64,000 bases of DNA from an uncultured Pseudomonadales bacterium (GCA_947503335.1 CANNCY010000004.1:66305-130304), one strand, 5' to 3'; positions 31,074 to 40,971 are shown, numbered from the stretch's first letter. Notes: generated from the sequence alone by a model not told the origin. Numbers and translations are program-made.

Positions 31074-31113
31074 ATGACGAGTTTATGACCACTATGTGAC
31101 AGTTATGTTACAG
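31074..31113 (-). promoter_or_regulatory. tandem Pho boxes (four 7-bp repeats at 11-bp phasing) of the pstS promoter
   Basis: The minus strand reads CTGTAAC-ATAA-CTGTCAC-ATAG-TGGTCAT-AAAC-TCGTCAT and ends ~50 bp upstream of the pstS ATG. This is the same architecture as the E. coli pstS promoter. Confidence 0.7.
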
Positions 31114-31180
31114 ATGCTTAAGAAGGGTAACTTCTGGTAGAATTCGCCCCATTGATAATATAAATAAATTAGATCTGCCT

Positions 31181-31726
31181 ATGTCTACGCAACGTTCTAC
31201 GCTTTGTCGCGTAGTGACAATGGTTGACCGGTTCAACCGATCACTCGCCAACACCACATCTAAGCTGCTACTCGCCATGGTGCTTGTTACTGCTACAGTC
31301 GTTGTGATGCGTCGAGGTTTTGATACAGGCCTAATCAGCCTGCAAGAGAGCATCACTTACATGCACGGCATGCTGTTCTTACTAAGCTTTGCAGGTTGTC
31401 TTGTCTTAGATAAACACGTTCGTGTTGATATCTTTTATCGCAACCTGACCGCCGTTCGCCAATCCTGGGTAAATCTATTGGGTTCGATCATCTTAGGCTT
31501 ACCCTTTGTTGCCTATCTTATTGTGGTTAGTACTGATTACGCATTTGCTAGCTGGCAGGTATTAGAAGGGTCGAAAGAGTCGGGCGGTATTCCTGCGCTA
31601 TTTTTGCTCAAAACAGTCGTTCCTCTGGGCTTTATCGCGCTATTTACCCAAATTACTAATGAAGCTTTGTATGCGCTATCACGAATTAAAGGCGAGCAAT
31701 GGCCACGCGAGGTAGATGAGCCATGA
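31181..31726 (+). CDS. TRAP transporter small permease (DctQ-like)
   Basis: 181 aa with four hydrophobic helices. Overlaps the large permease start by 4 nt. An alternative start is the ATG at 31220 (MVDRFNRS...). Confidence 0.8.
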   Translation: MSTQRSTLCRVVTMVDRFNRSLANTTSKLLLAMVLVTATVVVMRRGFDTGLISLQESITYMHGMLFLLSFAGCLVLDKHVRVDIFYRNLTAVRQSWVNLLGSIILGLPFVAYLIVVSTDYAFASWQVLEGSKESGGIPALFLLKTVVPLGFIALFTQITNEALYALSRIKGEQWPREVDEP

Positions 31727-33081
31727 TTGAACTAGCTCCTTTATTACTGTTTTTATCTGTCTGCCTGCTACTCATGGCAGGATACCCGGTTGCCTTAACC
31801 CTTGGCGGCGCGTCATTCTTGTTTGCCATCGTTGGCGCAAGCGTAGGGGCGTTCGACATGAGCTTTATCGAACTGTTACCCAACCGCGTTTTTGGTACCG
31901 TCGAAAATACTACGCTTATCGCCGTACCCCTATTTGTATTTATGGGTGTTCTGCTAGAGAAGTCTAAGATTGCTGAAGAACTGCTTGAGTCGATGTCACG
32001 ACTGTTTGGTGGCATTCGCGGGGGTATTGCAATTTCGGTCGTCATCGTTGGTGCACTGTTAGCCGCCAGTACCGGAATTGTCGGCGCTACCGTAGTTACC
32101 ATGGGCCTTATGTCGCTACCGGCCATGACCAAGCAGGGTTACTCACACAGTTTCTCTACCGGCACCATCTGCGCCACGGGTACCTTAGGCCAGATAATTC
32201 CTCCATCAATTGCGCTGGTATTGCTTGGTGACATTATGTCTAGTGCATACCAAGAAGCACAGATGTCGATGGGTATATTCTCGCCCAAGCCGGTTTCTGT
32301 TGGTGATCTATTTGTTGGTGCCCTAGTGCCCGGCGCAATCTTAGTAGGTATGTACCTTATTTATATTCTGATTGCGGCGCGCTGGCAGCCTAAGCCTCCG
32401 GCTAACACGACAGCTATTCATTGGCCGTCTCTGTTGTCTGCATTGGTGCCACCACTAGTGCTGATAGGTTTGGTATTAGGGTCGATTATTATGGGAGCCG
32501 CTACCCCTACCGAAGCTGCAGGTGTCGGCGCGTTAGGCGCATTAATACTAGGTCTTGTTCGCCGCCGTTTAGATTGGCAAATCATTACCCAAGCCCTGCG
32601 CCAATCTACGCAGGTTACCGCCATGGTGTTCTTAATTCTGGTGGGCGCTGCCATGTTCTCACTTGTGTTTAGAGGTTTTGGCGGTGAAGAGCAGATCCAC
32701 GCATTATTCGAATGGCTACCTGGAGGACAGGTTGCGGCCATATTGATGGTTATGGTGATCATCTTTGTACTTGGATTTATTCTTGATTTTATTGAGATCA
32801 CCTTTGTTGTTGTGCCCTTGTTTGCGCCTGCCTTATTGGCAATGGGAGTCGACCCGGTTTGGCTGGGCGTTATGATCGCCGTCAACTTACAAACTTCTTT
32901 CTTAACACCGCCATTTGGCTTTGCTTTGTTTTATTTGCGAGGTGTTGCACCTGCGACGGTTGCAACGAAATCAATCTATAAGGGTGTTATGCCTTACATA
33001 GCTATTCAGATATTGTTAATGGCGCTGTTAGCGTTGTTCCCTGAACTAGTTACCGAGTTACCCGCATCGCTACGAGATTAA
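31723..33081 (+). CDS. TRAP transporter large permease (DctM-like)
   Basis: 452 aa and polytopic. DctM-type sequence (IAVPLFVFMGVLLEKS..., GPPSIALVLLG-like IIPPSIALVLLG). Confidence 0.9.
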   Translation: MIELAPLLLFLSVCLLLMAGYPVALTLGGASFLFAIVGASVGAFDMSFIELLPNRVFGTVENTTLIAVPLFVFMGVLLEKSKIAEELLESMSRLFGGIRGGIAISVVIVGALLAASTGIVGATVVTMGLMSLPAMTKQGYSHSFSTGTICATGTLGQIIPPSIALVLLGDIMSSAYQEAQMSMGIFSPKPVSVGDLFVGALVPGAILVGMYLIYILIAARWQPKPPANTTAIHWPSLLSALVPPLVLIGLVLGSIIMGAATPTEAAGVGALGALILGLVRRRLDWQIITQALRQSTQVTAMVFLILVGAAMFSLVFRGFGGEEQIHALFEWLPGGQVAAILMVMVIIFVLGFILDFIEITFVVVPLFAPALLAMGVDPVWLGVMIAVNLQTSFLTPPFGFALFYLRGVAPATVATKSIYKGVMPYIAIQILLMALLALFPELVTELPASLRD

Positions 33082-33086
33082 TTGAT

Positions 33087-33476
33087 ATGTCAGAACTAGA
33101 CCAAAACCCGACACCACAAGGTTCACTTCAGCTTCAAGTTGTGGCGATGCCTAGCGATACCAATTTTAATGGCGATGTTTATGGTGGTTGGCTTGTTAGT
33201 CAGATGGATGTCGCTGGCTCATTAATGGCTAGAGACCTAGCTAAAGGGCGCGTAGCAACCGTTGCTATGGAGAGCATGAGCTTTCTTAGCCCCGTATCGG
33301 TAGGCGCATCATTAAGCTTTTATGTCGAACTGCTGTCAAAAGGGCGAAGCTCTATGACCGTTGCCGTCGAAGTTTGGAACAACAATGCTAGCAGTATCGA
33401 ATCTGCTAAGGTAACTGACGGCGTGTTCGTGTTTGTCGCGATAGACGAGAACGGCCGAACACGCCATATAGACTAA
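33087..33476 (+). CDS. hotdog-fold acyl-CoA thioesterase (YciA-like)
   Basis: 129 aa. MPSDTNFNGDVYGGWLVSQMDVAG is the typical YciA/4HBT-family N-terminus. Lies 5 nt downstream of the TRAP large permease. Confidence 0.8.
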   Translation: MSELDQNPTPQGSLQLQVVAMPSDTNFNGDVYGGWLVSQMDVAGSLMARDLAKGRVATVAMESMSFLSPVSVGASLSFYVELLSKGRSSMTVAVEVWNNNASSIESAKVTDGVFVFVAIDENGRTRHID

Positions 33477-33492
33477 GCGGCAACGCCGCTTA
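33474..33492. terminator. weak hairpin between the convergent thioesterase and TRAP binding-protein genes
   Basis: TAAGCGG-CAACG-CCGCTTA. There is no strong T-run on either side. Confidence 0.3.
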
Positions 33493-33501
33493 GTTATCTT
33501 C

Positions 33502-34602
33502 TTAGTTTGCGTTTAAATCGCGCGCTTCGTAATACGCCTGTTCAGAGTAGCGATGATAGTTTTTAACGCCCTCAGCAAACTTCTTGAACGACTCGTAGGT
33601 CTTTTTAGACAGTTCGTCATTTTCGGCCAAGTCGGCAAGAGCCTTATTCGATGCCGCATGCAGTTCTGCTAACACATCATCGGGTAGCTTACGCACCTTA
33701 ACGCCATGTTCATTAATTAACGTATTTAAAGCATCATTGTTTTTAGCCGTGTACTCATCAAGCATATCTTGGTTAACTGCACGGGCCGCCACTTCAACAA
33801 TTTTCTGTAAACGCGGTGGCAGTGAGGCCAGCGCATCTTTGTTGATAATTAGCTCAAGGGTAGAACCGGTCTCGTGCCAGCCAGGGTAGTAGTAATACTC
33901 GGCAACCTGATAGAAACCAAAGGCCAGGTCATTCCAAGGGCCGACCCACTCAGTAGCGTCAATCACACCCGTCTGAAGTGCCGTGTATAACTCGCCCCCA
34001 GGGATGTTTACCGCCGTACCACCTAAGCTTGATAACACTTCACCACCAAGCCCTGGGATACGCATCTTCAAACCTGTTAGGTCGTCTACCGAGTTGATCT
34101 CTTTGTTAAACCAACCTGCCATCTGCACGCCGGTGTTACCACCTGCTAATGGCACAACATTAAATGGCGCGTATGTCTCTTGCCAAAGCGCCATGCCGCC
34201 ACCGTAGTAAAGCCAGCTATTCATTTCTTGGGCGTTCAACCCAAAGGGTACCGACGTAAAGAATTGAGCTGCAGGGGCTTTACCCTTCCAGTAATAAGAC
34301 GCGCCATGACCTAGCTCAACCGAACCTTGTGATACAGCGTCGAACACTTCGAGCGCGGGTACTAAATCGCCCGCGCCATACACCTTAATTTGAATCTGAC
34401 CATCGGTCATTTCATCGACCATTTTGGCAAACTTTTCTGGCGAGGTGCCTAGGCCAGGAAAGTTCTTCGGCCAAGTGGTTACCATCTTCCATTTATAGGT
34501 CTGTTGCTCAACTGTGCCAGCTGACGTGGTAGCCTGCTCTTTTTCACCACAAGCGGTTAGCGACAATGCAAGCAGCGCACTAACTATTATTTTTTTAATC
34601 AT
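33502..34602 (-). CDS. TRAP transporter substrate-binding protein (DctP family)
   Basis: 366 aa. Lipobox or signal peptide (LALSLTAC). YKWKMVTTWPKNFPGLG...GHGASYYWKGK is typical of the DctP-type subfamily often annotated as mannitol/chloroaromatic. Confidence 0.85.
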   Translation of the reverse strand: MIKKIIVSALLALSLTACGEKEQATTSAGTVEQQTYKWKMVTTWPKNFPGLGTSPEKFAKMVDEMTDGQIQIKVYGAGDLVPALEVFDAVSQGSVELGHGASYYWKGKAPAAQFFTSVPFGLNAQEMNSWLYYGGGMALWQETYAPFNVVPLAGGNTGVQMAGWFNKEINSVDDLTGLKMRIPGLGGEVLSSLGGTAVNIPGGELYTALQTGVIDATEWVGPWNDLAFGFYQVAEYYYYPGWHETGSTLELIINKDALASLPPRLQKIVEVAARAVNQDMLDEYTAKNNDALNTLINEHGVKVRKLPDDVLAELHAASNKALADLAENDELSKKTYESFKKFAEGVKNYHRYSEQAYYEARDLNAN

Positions 34603-34622
34603 CTGTCTCTCGTTATTAGTCG

Positions 34623-36764
34623 TTACTCAATGGGCGTTAGGTTAGCATGAGATAGCATTAACCACTTAGTGCCTTCCCAATCGAAACTAATCTGCACACG
34701 CGTACGTGCATCAGCTCCTTCAATATCTAGTATCACGCCTTCACCAAAGTGATCATGATATACCCTTGCGCCTAGTTTAATCCCCTTTGGTAGATTTTCG
34801 CTAGAGGGCGTAAACATAGGTGACGCCGGGCGCCGTATCTCGGTTTTTAAGCGTACCTCTTCGATACATTCTGTCGGGATTTCCTTTAGGAAAGGCGAGG
34901 GCCCGTTAAAGTCTTCTCTACCATGCAGACGGCGGGTTTCAGCATAACTAATCGTCAGCTGCTCTTCTGCTCGCGTGATGCCCACATAGCAAAGCCTGCG
35001 CTCTTCTTCTAACCGCCCAGGGTCTTCAGCACTCATTCGGTGAGGAAATATATTTCGCTCAACACCCGCCAGCCAAACATACGGAAACTCTAGACCCTTT
35101 GCAGAGTGCAATGTCATTAGCTGCACAGCTGACTCATACTCGTCAGCTTGGGTATCACCCGCATCTAATGCAGCTGCATCAATAAACTCATCAAACTTGT
35201 TTTCGTCAGCTTCAAATACCTTAGCTGCCGATACAAGTTCGGCCAAGTTTTCTGCGCGCTCTTCGCCTTTACCGCCTTTCTCATTTTGGTGGTAGATCAG
35301 TAGCGTTGATTTTTCTATGACATGATCGATCAGCTCATGTAGTTCTACCTGCTCAATGAGCACATGAAAGCTTTCGATAAGCTGTACAAAAGATTTTACT
35401 GAGTTTGCCGCTCGCGAACTTAGACCGGTGCCGGCTAGGGTAATCGCAGACTCCCACATTGAGCTACCTTGCTCGCGGGCATGGTAACGAATCTGTTCAA
35501 CAGTTTTCGCGCCGATACCGCGTGGGGGCACATTGATGATACGTTCAAATGCAGTATCGTCTTGTGTTGAACGCGCCAACCTTAAATAGGCCATCGCGTT
35601 TTTAATTTCTAATCGATCGTAGAATCGTTGCCCACCATAGATTCGATACGGCAAACTTTCTTGTAGTAGTGCTTCTTCGAGTACTCGTGATTGCGCATTT
35701 GAGCGATACAAGATTGCTAAATCAATTGGGCGCTTACCCTCTTTGATCGCTTCTTTTATTCGCTCGACGATGTATTTTGCTTCATCACGTTCATTGAAAG
35801 CGGCATACAGCAAGATCTTATTGCCTTCGTCGCCATCTGACCAAAGCTCTTTACCCAATCGCTCACTATTATTTGCGATTACCGCGTTAGCTGCCTTTAG
35901 AATAATCTTTGTTGATCGATAATTTTGTTCAAGGCGATACATATTTGCCGGCGCAAGGTCTTGCTCAAAGGCATGGATATTTTCAACACGCGCGCCTCGC
36001 CAACCGTAGATTGACTGATCGTCATCACCTACAGCCGTCATTGCATTACCTTTGCCACTTAGCTGACGTAGCCAAGCATATTGTATGGCGTTGGTATCTT
36101 GAAATTCGTCTACCAACACAAAGCGAAAACGCTCTTGGTAGTGTTCTCTGATCTCTTTATGATCGCGAAACAGCTCTAGGGTGCGTAACAACAATTCTGC
36201 AAAATCCACCACACCCGCCTGCTGACAAGCTTCTTCATAGGCTTGATACAAGTCGATATACATATCGTTTGATTGAAAACCTTGGCGCTGGATATAGCTT
36301 GATCTTATGCCTTCTTCTTTGTTGCCATTGATATAAGCAACAACCTCTTTTGGCGGCCAGCGTTCGGTGTCGACATTTAGTGTGTTCATCAGGCGCTTAA
36401 CCATTCGAAGCTGATCATCTGCGTCAATGATGGTGAAGTTGCGAGGCAGTTTTACGCGCTCAAAATGCAGTTTGAGAAACCTATATGCGAGGCCATGAAA
36501 GGTACCAATCCAAAGCGAGCGAGTGTCTACATTTAGCAACGCTTCGATACGCGTTTTCATTTCTTTTGCTGCTTTGTTGGTAAAGGTCACCGCGAGTATT
36601 TGTTGCGGCGACACATGCATCTGCTGAATAATCCAAGCTATACGATGTACTAGTACTCTTGTTTTACCACTACCTGCGCCCGCTAAAATTAGCTGGTTTT
36701 CTGGCGGTGCTATAACAGCATTACGCTGCTCGTCGTTTAGGCCAGCGACAAGATCCATAATCAA
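34623..36764 (-). CDS. uvrD: DNA helicase II UvrD
   Basis: 713 aa and colinear with E. coli UvrD (AGAGSGKTRVLVHRIAW, VTFTNKAAKEM, VDEFQDTN, GDDDQSIYGWRGA, LEQNYRST, TLHSAKGLEF, RRLCYVGITRA). Confidence 0.9.
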   Translation of the reverse strand: MIMDLVAGLNDEQRNAVIAPPENQLILAGAGSGKTRVLVHRIAWIIQQMHVSPQQILAVTFTNKAAKEMKTRIEALLNVDTRSLWIGTFHGLAYRFLKLHFERVKLPRNFTIIDADDQLRMVKRLMNTLNVDTERWPPKEVVAYINGNKEEGIRSSYIQRQGFQSNDMYIDLYQAYEEACQQAGVVDFAELLLRTLELFRDHKEIREHYQERFRFVLVDEFQDTNAIQYAWLRQLSGKGNAMTAVGDDDQSIYGWRGARVENIHAFEQDLAPANMYRLEQNYRSTKIILKAANAVIANNSERLGKELWSDGDEGNKILLYAAFNERDEAKYIVERIKEAIKEGKRPIDLAILYRSNAQSRVLEEALLQESLPYRIYGGQRFYDRLEIKNAMAYLRLARSTQDDTAFERIINVPPRGIGAKTVEQIRYHAREQGSSMWESAITLAGTGLSSRAANSVKSFVQLIESFHVLIEQVELHELIDHVIEKSTLLIYHQNEKGGKGEERAENLAELVSAAKVFEADENKFDEFIDAAALDAGDTQADEYESAVQLMTLHSAKGLEFPYVWLAGVERNIFPHRMSAEDPGRLEEERRLCYVGITRAEEQLTISYAETRRLHGREDFNGPSPFLKEIPTECIEEVRLKTEIRRPASPMFTPSSENLPKGIKLGARVYHDHFGEGVILDIEGADARTRVQISFDWEGTKWLMLSHANLTPIE

Positions 36765-36783
36765 CCTATGATTTACTATCTGA

Positions 36784-37257
36784 TTAGACGTCTAGCGGGT
36801 CAGCTAACTGAACGTCTGATTTAGGTACACAAATGCAGGGTAAAATCTCGCCCTCATTAACCCAAGCCAACGCGGGTTGAAGGTAGGCGACTTCGCCCTC
36901 AATTAATTTAGTTCGACAACTACCACAATACCCTTCTCGGCACTGGTAGGGAAGTGTCACACCCTGAGCTTCTAACGATTGTAGTAGGTTAGGCGCATGC
37001 TGAAAACTAAGTGCACGCTCTTGGCCACGGTAGGCCACCATAAACTCGGGTTTCTCTAACCCTCTTAGGTCGCGCTGCGGTTGTTCAGCAGGGTGCTCTT
37101 CATCGTACTGGGGTAGAAACAGCTCTGGCTGTAGTTGACCCACATTTGGGTCTAGTTGATCTAGCTCGGGCGAGTTTTGATCAAGGGGAGTTAGCTCAAA
37201 CGGCGGCGGTTCAACACCGCCGTCTAGCTCGAACAGATCCTCTGGGGATTTGCTCAT
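36784..37257 (-). CDS. yfaE: 2Fe-2S ferredoxin YfaE (class Ia RNR maintenance) with an N-terminal low-complexity extension
   Basis: The C-terminal 85 aa match E. coli YfaE ([15 protein letters not shown]...GEILPCIC). The long ORF starts at an ATGA overlap with the nrdB stop. The internal ATG at 37041 would give an E. coli-sized protein. Confidence 0.7.
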   Translation of the reverse strand: MSKSPEDLFELDGGVEPPPFELTPLDQNSPELDQLDPNVGQLQPELFLPQYDEEHPAEQPQRDLRGLEKPEFMVAYRGQERALSFQHAPNLLQSLEAQGVTLPYQCREGYCGSCRTKLIEGEVAYLQPALAWVNEGEILPCICVPKSDVQLADPLDV

Positions 37258-38384
37258 AGTTCAAAGGATTCTAAGTCAGATGCGTCTACTTCAGCATCAA
37301 TTGCGCCTACGAGATACGAACTAATTTCTGCTTCTTGTGGCGCAACCTGTACGTTGTCGCTCTTCAGCCATGCGTCCATCCAAGGAAGCGGATTTTGGCG
37401 ATTTTCAAAAATAGGATCAAACCCTAATGCCGCCAAACGCTGATTGGTGATGTACTCTACATACTGGCTTAGAATATCGACGTTCATACCGATCATTGAG
37501 CCATCTTTAAATAGGTACTCAGCCCATTCTTTTTCTTGTTCAGCCGCCTCAAGGAACAATTCTATTGCTTGATCTTTGCACTCAATAGCGACTTCAGCCA
37601 TCTCAGGATCATCTTGGCCAGACGCCATGATGCGAAGAATATGCTGTGTACCTGTTAAGTGTAACGCTTCGTCGCGAGCAATCAGCTTAATGACCTTAGC
37701 GTTGCCTTCCATCGTTGCGCGCTCGGCAAAGGCAAAGCTACACGCAAAGCTCACGTAAAAACGAATTGCTTCAAGTACGTTCACCGACACCATGGTGATA
37801 TACAGCTGTTTTTTAAGTTCGCGTACGTTTACAAGTGAAGACTCACCCAATACATCGTAGGTACCTTCGCCTTGGGTTTCGAAATACTGTGTCATCGCAA
37901 TTAAGCGGTCGTAGTGTTTTGATACACCTTCGGCACGCTTAATGATTGCTTCGTTCTGCATGATGTCATCAAAAACAACACCAGGCTCAGTCAAAATATT
38001 GCGAATAATATAAGTATATGAGCGCGAATGAATAGTTTCGCTAAATGCCCAGGTTTCGATCCAGGTTTCTAGCTCAGGAATACTTACCAACGGCAAAAAC
38101 GCTACGTTAGGCGAACGACCCTGTACACTATCAAGCAACGTTTGGTACTTTAGATTGCTTAAGAAGATATGCTGTTCGTGCGGCGTTAGTTTTTGAAAGT
38201 CGCCACGGTCATTCGACAGATCAACTTCTTCTGGGCGCCAAAAGAACGATAGTTGCTTTTCAATTAAGCTTTCAAAGATTGGATGCTTTTGGCGGTCGTA
38301 ACGCGATACGTTTACGTTCTCGCCGAAAAACATCGGCTGATCCATTGTCGCAAAATTGTTCTGGTTAAAACACTTGTAACTCAT
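37254..38384 (-). CDS. nrdB: class Ia ribonucleotide reductase beta subunit
   Basis: 376 aa. Di-iron and tyrosyl-radical motifs ([19 protein letters not shown]). Lies downstream of nrdA. Confidence 0.95.
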   Translation of the reverse strand: MSYKCFNQNNFATMDQPMFFGENVNVSRYDRQKHPIFESLIEKQLSFFWRPEEVDLSNDRGDFQKLTPHEQHIFLSNLKYQTLLDSVQGRSPNVAFLPLVSIPELETWIETWAFSETIHSRSYTYIIRNILTEPGVVFDDIMQNEAIIKRAEGVSKHYDRLIAMTQYFETQGEGTYDVLGESSLVNVRELKKQLYITMVSVNVLEAIRFYVSFACSFAFAERATMEGNAKVIKLIARDEALHLTGTQHILRIMASGQDDPEMAEVAIECKDQAIELFLEAAEQEKEWAEYLFKDGSMIGMNVDILSQYVEYITNQRLAALGFDPIFENRQNPLPWMDAWLKSDNVQVAPQEAEISSYLVGAIDAEVDASDLESFEL

Positions 38385-38397
38385 TTACTTATACACC

Positions 38398-40659
38398 TTA
38401 AATTTTGCATGCACCACTTTCACAACCATCATCTGCCTCTTCACCAGCACCGTCACGGGTGTTGTGGTAGTACAGGGTTTTCAGGCCGTACTTATATGCG
38501 GTTAAAAGATCACGCATCAACAACTTCATAGGCACTTTACCTTCAGGGAAGTTGGCCGGATCGTAATTGGTGTTCGCCGAAATTGCCTGATCGACAAACT
38601 TTTGCATCACACCTACTAACTGCAAGTAGCCGGTGTTGTTTGGAATCGTCCAAAGTAATTCGTAGTTATCACGGTACTTCTCGATATCAGGCACAACTTG
38701 TTTCAAGATACCGTCTTTAGATGCTTTAACGCTGACGTAACCACGTGGTGGCTCGATACCGTTTGTTGCGTTACTGATCTGCGATGATGTCTCTGATGGC
38801 ATCAATGCTGATAGCGTCGAGTTACGTAAACCGTGGTTTTTAATATCTTCGCGTAAGCCTTCCCAATCTAGGTGTAATGGCTCTTCGCAGAAGCTATCAA
38901 CGTCAGACTTGTAGGTATCAATTGGCAACACACCTTGTGCATAGGTGGTTTCGCCAAAGTCTTCGCAAGCGCCCACTTCTTTAGCAAGTTTGTTCGATGC
39001 CTTTAGTAGATTGTACTGAATAGCTTCGAAGGTTTTATGTGTTAAGCCAACAGCAGAACCATCTGAGTAGCGTACGCCATTCTTCGCTAGGTAGTAGGCG
39101 TAGTTGATTACACCCACACCCAGAGTACGACGACGAATCGACGATTTACGTGCAGCTTCTACTGGATAACCCTGATAGGTTAGTAGACTATCTAGCGCAC
39201 GAACAATTAGATCAGATAGTTCTTCAAGCTCATCTAGATTATCTAAAGCACCAAGGTTAAACGCAGCCAAAGTACAGAGTGCAATCTCGCCCTCTGGATC
39301 ATGTAGATCATTAAGCGGCTTTGTTGGCAGTGCAATCTCAAGACATAAGTTAGATTGACGAATAGGCGCTACTGTTGGGTCAAACGGGCTGTGGGTATTA
39401 CAGTGGTCAACGTTCTGAATATAGATACGACCAGTACTCGCACGCTCTTGTAGTAACATGCCAAATAGATCAACTGCTTTAATGGTTTGGCGACGAATAC
39501 TTTGATCCGCTTCATATTTAACGTATAGCTCTTCAAACTTGTCTTGGTCTTCAAAGAATGCGTCATACAAACCTGGTACGTCTGAAGGGCTAAATAGCGT
39601 AATGTCGCCGCCCTTAATCAAACGCTCATACATCGTTTTGTTTAGCTGCACACCGTAATCAAGGTGACGTACACGGTTGTCTTCAACACCACGGTTGTTC
39701 TTTAGAACAAGCAGGCTTTCGACCTCTAGATGCCAAATTGGGTAAAACAGTGTAGCGGCGCCACCACGAACCCCCCCCTGCGAACAGCTCTTTACTGCAC
39801 TCTGAAAGTGCTTGTAAAAAGGAATACAGCCAGTATGGAACGCTTCGCCTTGGCGAATTGGCGAACCTAGGGCGCGAATACGACCGGCGTTTACGCCAAT
39901 ACCAGCACGCTGACTTACATAGCGCACGATTGCAGCCGACGTAGCGTTGATAGAATCAAGCGAATCACCACACTCAATCAACACACACGAGCTAAACTGG
40001 CGAGTAGGTGTACGTACGCCCGACATGATTGGCGTAGGTAGTGATAATCTAAATGTTGATACCGCATCGTAGAAACGACGGATAAAATCCATACGGCGGT
40101 CTTTTTCGTAATGGGCGAATAAGCATGCGCCAATCAGCATGTATAAAAACTGAGGGCTCTCGAAGTACTCATTCGTTACTCGGTCTTGTACTAGATATTT
40201 ACCCTCTAACTGCTTAACTGCGGCGTATGAGAAAGTTAGGTCGCGGCTATGATCGATCCACGACTCCATCTGATCGAATTCTTCAGGAGTAAAATCTTCT
40301 AGTAAGTGTGCATCATATCGCTGCATATCTACTAGGCGAGCAACGTGACTGTAAAAGCGTGGAGGGGTAAACTCGCCATACGCACGTTTGCGCAAATGGA
40401 AGATAGCTAGACGCGCTGCTAAATACTGGTAATCAGGGTTCGTCTCACTGATTAGGTCAGCGGCAGCCTTAATGAGCGTTTCGTGAATGTCGAAGGTGGT
40501 AATGCCATCGGTGAACTGAAGATGCGCTGCTAGCTCTACCTGCGATACAGATACATTGTTTAGGCCTTCTGCAGCCCATGTAAGAACCTTATGGATCTTA
40601 TCTAGATCTAAATGCTCGCGACGTCCATTACGCTTCGTTACTTCGATCTGTTTGTTCAC
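38398..40659 (-). CDS. nrdA: class Ia ribonucleotide reductase alpha subunit
   Basis: Near-colinear with E. coli NrdA through to the C-terminal DDGCESGACKI. The ORF-track start at 40722 is TTG. The GTG at 40659 (VNKQIEVTKRNG, versus E. coli MNQNLLVTKRDG) has a GAGGAGA SD. Confidence 0.95.
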   Translation of the reverse strand: MNKQIEVTKRNGRREHLDLDKIHKVLTWAAEGLNNVSVSQVELAAHLQFTDGITTFDIHETLIKAAADLISETNPDYQYLAARLAIFHLRKRAYGEFTPPRFYSHVARLVDMQRYDAHLLEDFTPEEFDQMESWIDHSRDLTFSYAAVKQLEGKYLVQDRVTNEYFESPQFLYMLIGACLFAHYEKDRRMDFIRRFYDAVSTFRLSLPTPIMSGVRTPTRQFSSCVLIECGDSLDSINATSAAIVRYVSQRAGIGVNAGRIRALGSPIRQGEAFHTGCIPFYKHFQSAVKSCSQGGVRGGAATLFYPIWHLEVESLLVLKNNRGVEDNRVRHLDYGVQLNKTMYERLIKGGDITLFSPSDVPGLYDAFFEDQDKFEELYVKYEADQSIRRQTIKAVDLFGMLLQERASTGRIYIQNVDHCNTHSPFDPTVAPIRQSNLCLEIALPTKPLNDLHDPEGEIALCTLAAFNLGALDNLDELEELSDLIVRALDSLLTYQGYPVEAARKSSIRRRTLGVGVINYAYYLAKNGVRYSDGSAVGLTHKTFEAIQYNLLKASNKLAKEVGACEDFGETTYAQGVLPIDTYKSDVDSFCEEPLHLDWEGLREDIKNHGLRNSTLSALMPSETSSQISNATNGIEPPRGYVSVKASKDGILKQVVPDIEKYRDNYELLWTIPNNTGYLQLVGVMQKFVDQAISANTNYDPANFPEGKVPMKLLMRDLLTAYKYGLKTLYYHNTRDGAGEEADDGCESGACKI

Positions 40660-40924
40660 TCGGTCGCTCTCCTCGTTCGACTCTTGTAGTAGGTTTAAGC
40701 CTAAACCTACTTTTACCCCCAAATAGACACATCGGTAGCGCCTCGCCAGCTCTAATTAAGCCATCTAAGCGAGCGATTACCTCTATGTATTGGTGCTAAA
40801 TCTTTGTTCTTTTTGATTGGGCTAAAATGTGCGCTAGCCCTTATGTGACGCGGTATTTTTGCCATTTTACACTTAAATCCACGTCGTTTTTGTGTGTTTT
40901 TTGGTGCCACTCACACCGTATGTA

Positions 40925-40971
40925 ACGCTATATATTGTGCAAGCTGGGGCTGAAAATATCAATATGTAGTG
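40925..40971 (-). promoter_or_regulatory. two candidate NrdR boxes upstream of nrdA
   Basis: ACGCTATATATTGTGC (40925-40940) and ATATCAATATGTAGTG (40956-40971) both resemble the 16-bp NrdR palindrome (acaCwAtATaTwGtgt). Their centres are 31 bp apart, about three helical turns. Confidence 0.55.

Noticed and set aside
31686-32885. Long antisense ORFs inside the TRAP large permease gene (31686-32132, 148 aa; 32418-32885, 155 aa).
   Set aside because: They lie fully opposite a well-supported membrane-protein CDS. Their translations are low-complexity (Thr/Ala/Pro/Ser/Asn-rich) mirror images of hydrophobic codons, with no motifs or SD.
38741-38748. Search for centromere-like parS (TGTTNCACGTGAAACA) near parAB. 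The only CCACGTGG core I noticed is inside nrdA.
   Set aside because: The flanks (GTAA...TGGC) do not match the parS arms. I could not scan exhaustively by eye, so parS sites may exist elsewhere. A pattern search allowing two or fewer mismatches would settle it.
40660-40722. N-terminal extensions in the ORF track that begin at TTG or other upstream codons: nrdA 40722, pstS 31092, pstC 30002, mnmE 58879, rph 9596, yicC 9672, ubiC 19452, dnaA 61507.
   Set aside because: Homologue N-termini, SD placement, overlaps with upstream genes, or regulatory sites (Pho boxes inside the pstS extension) favour the downstream starts.
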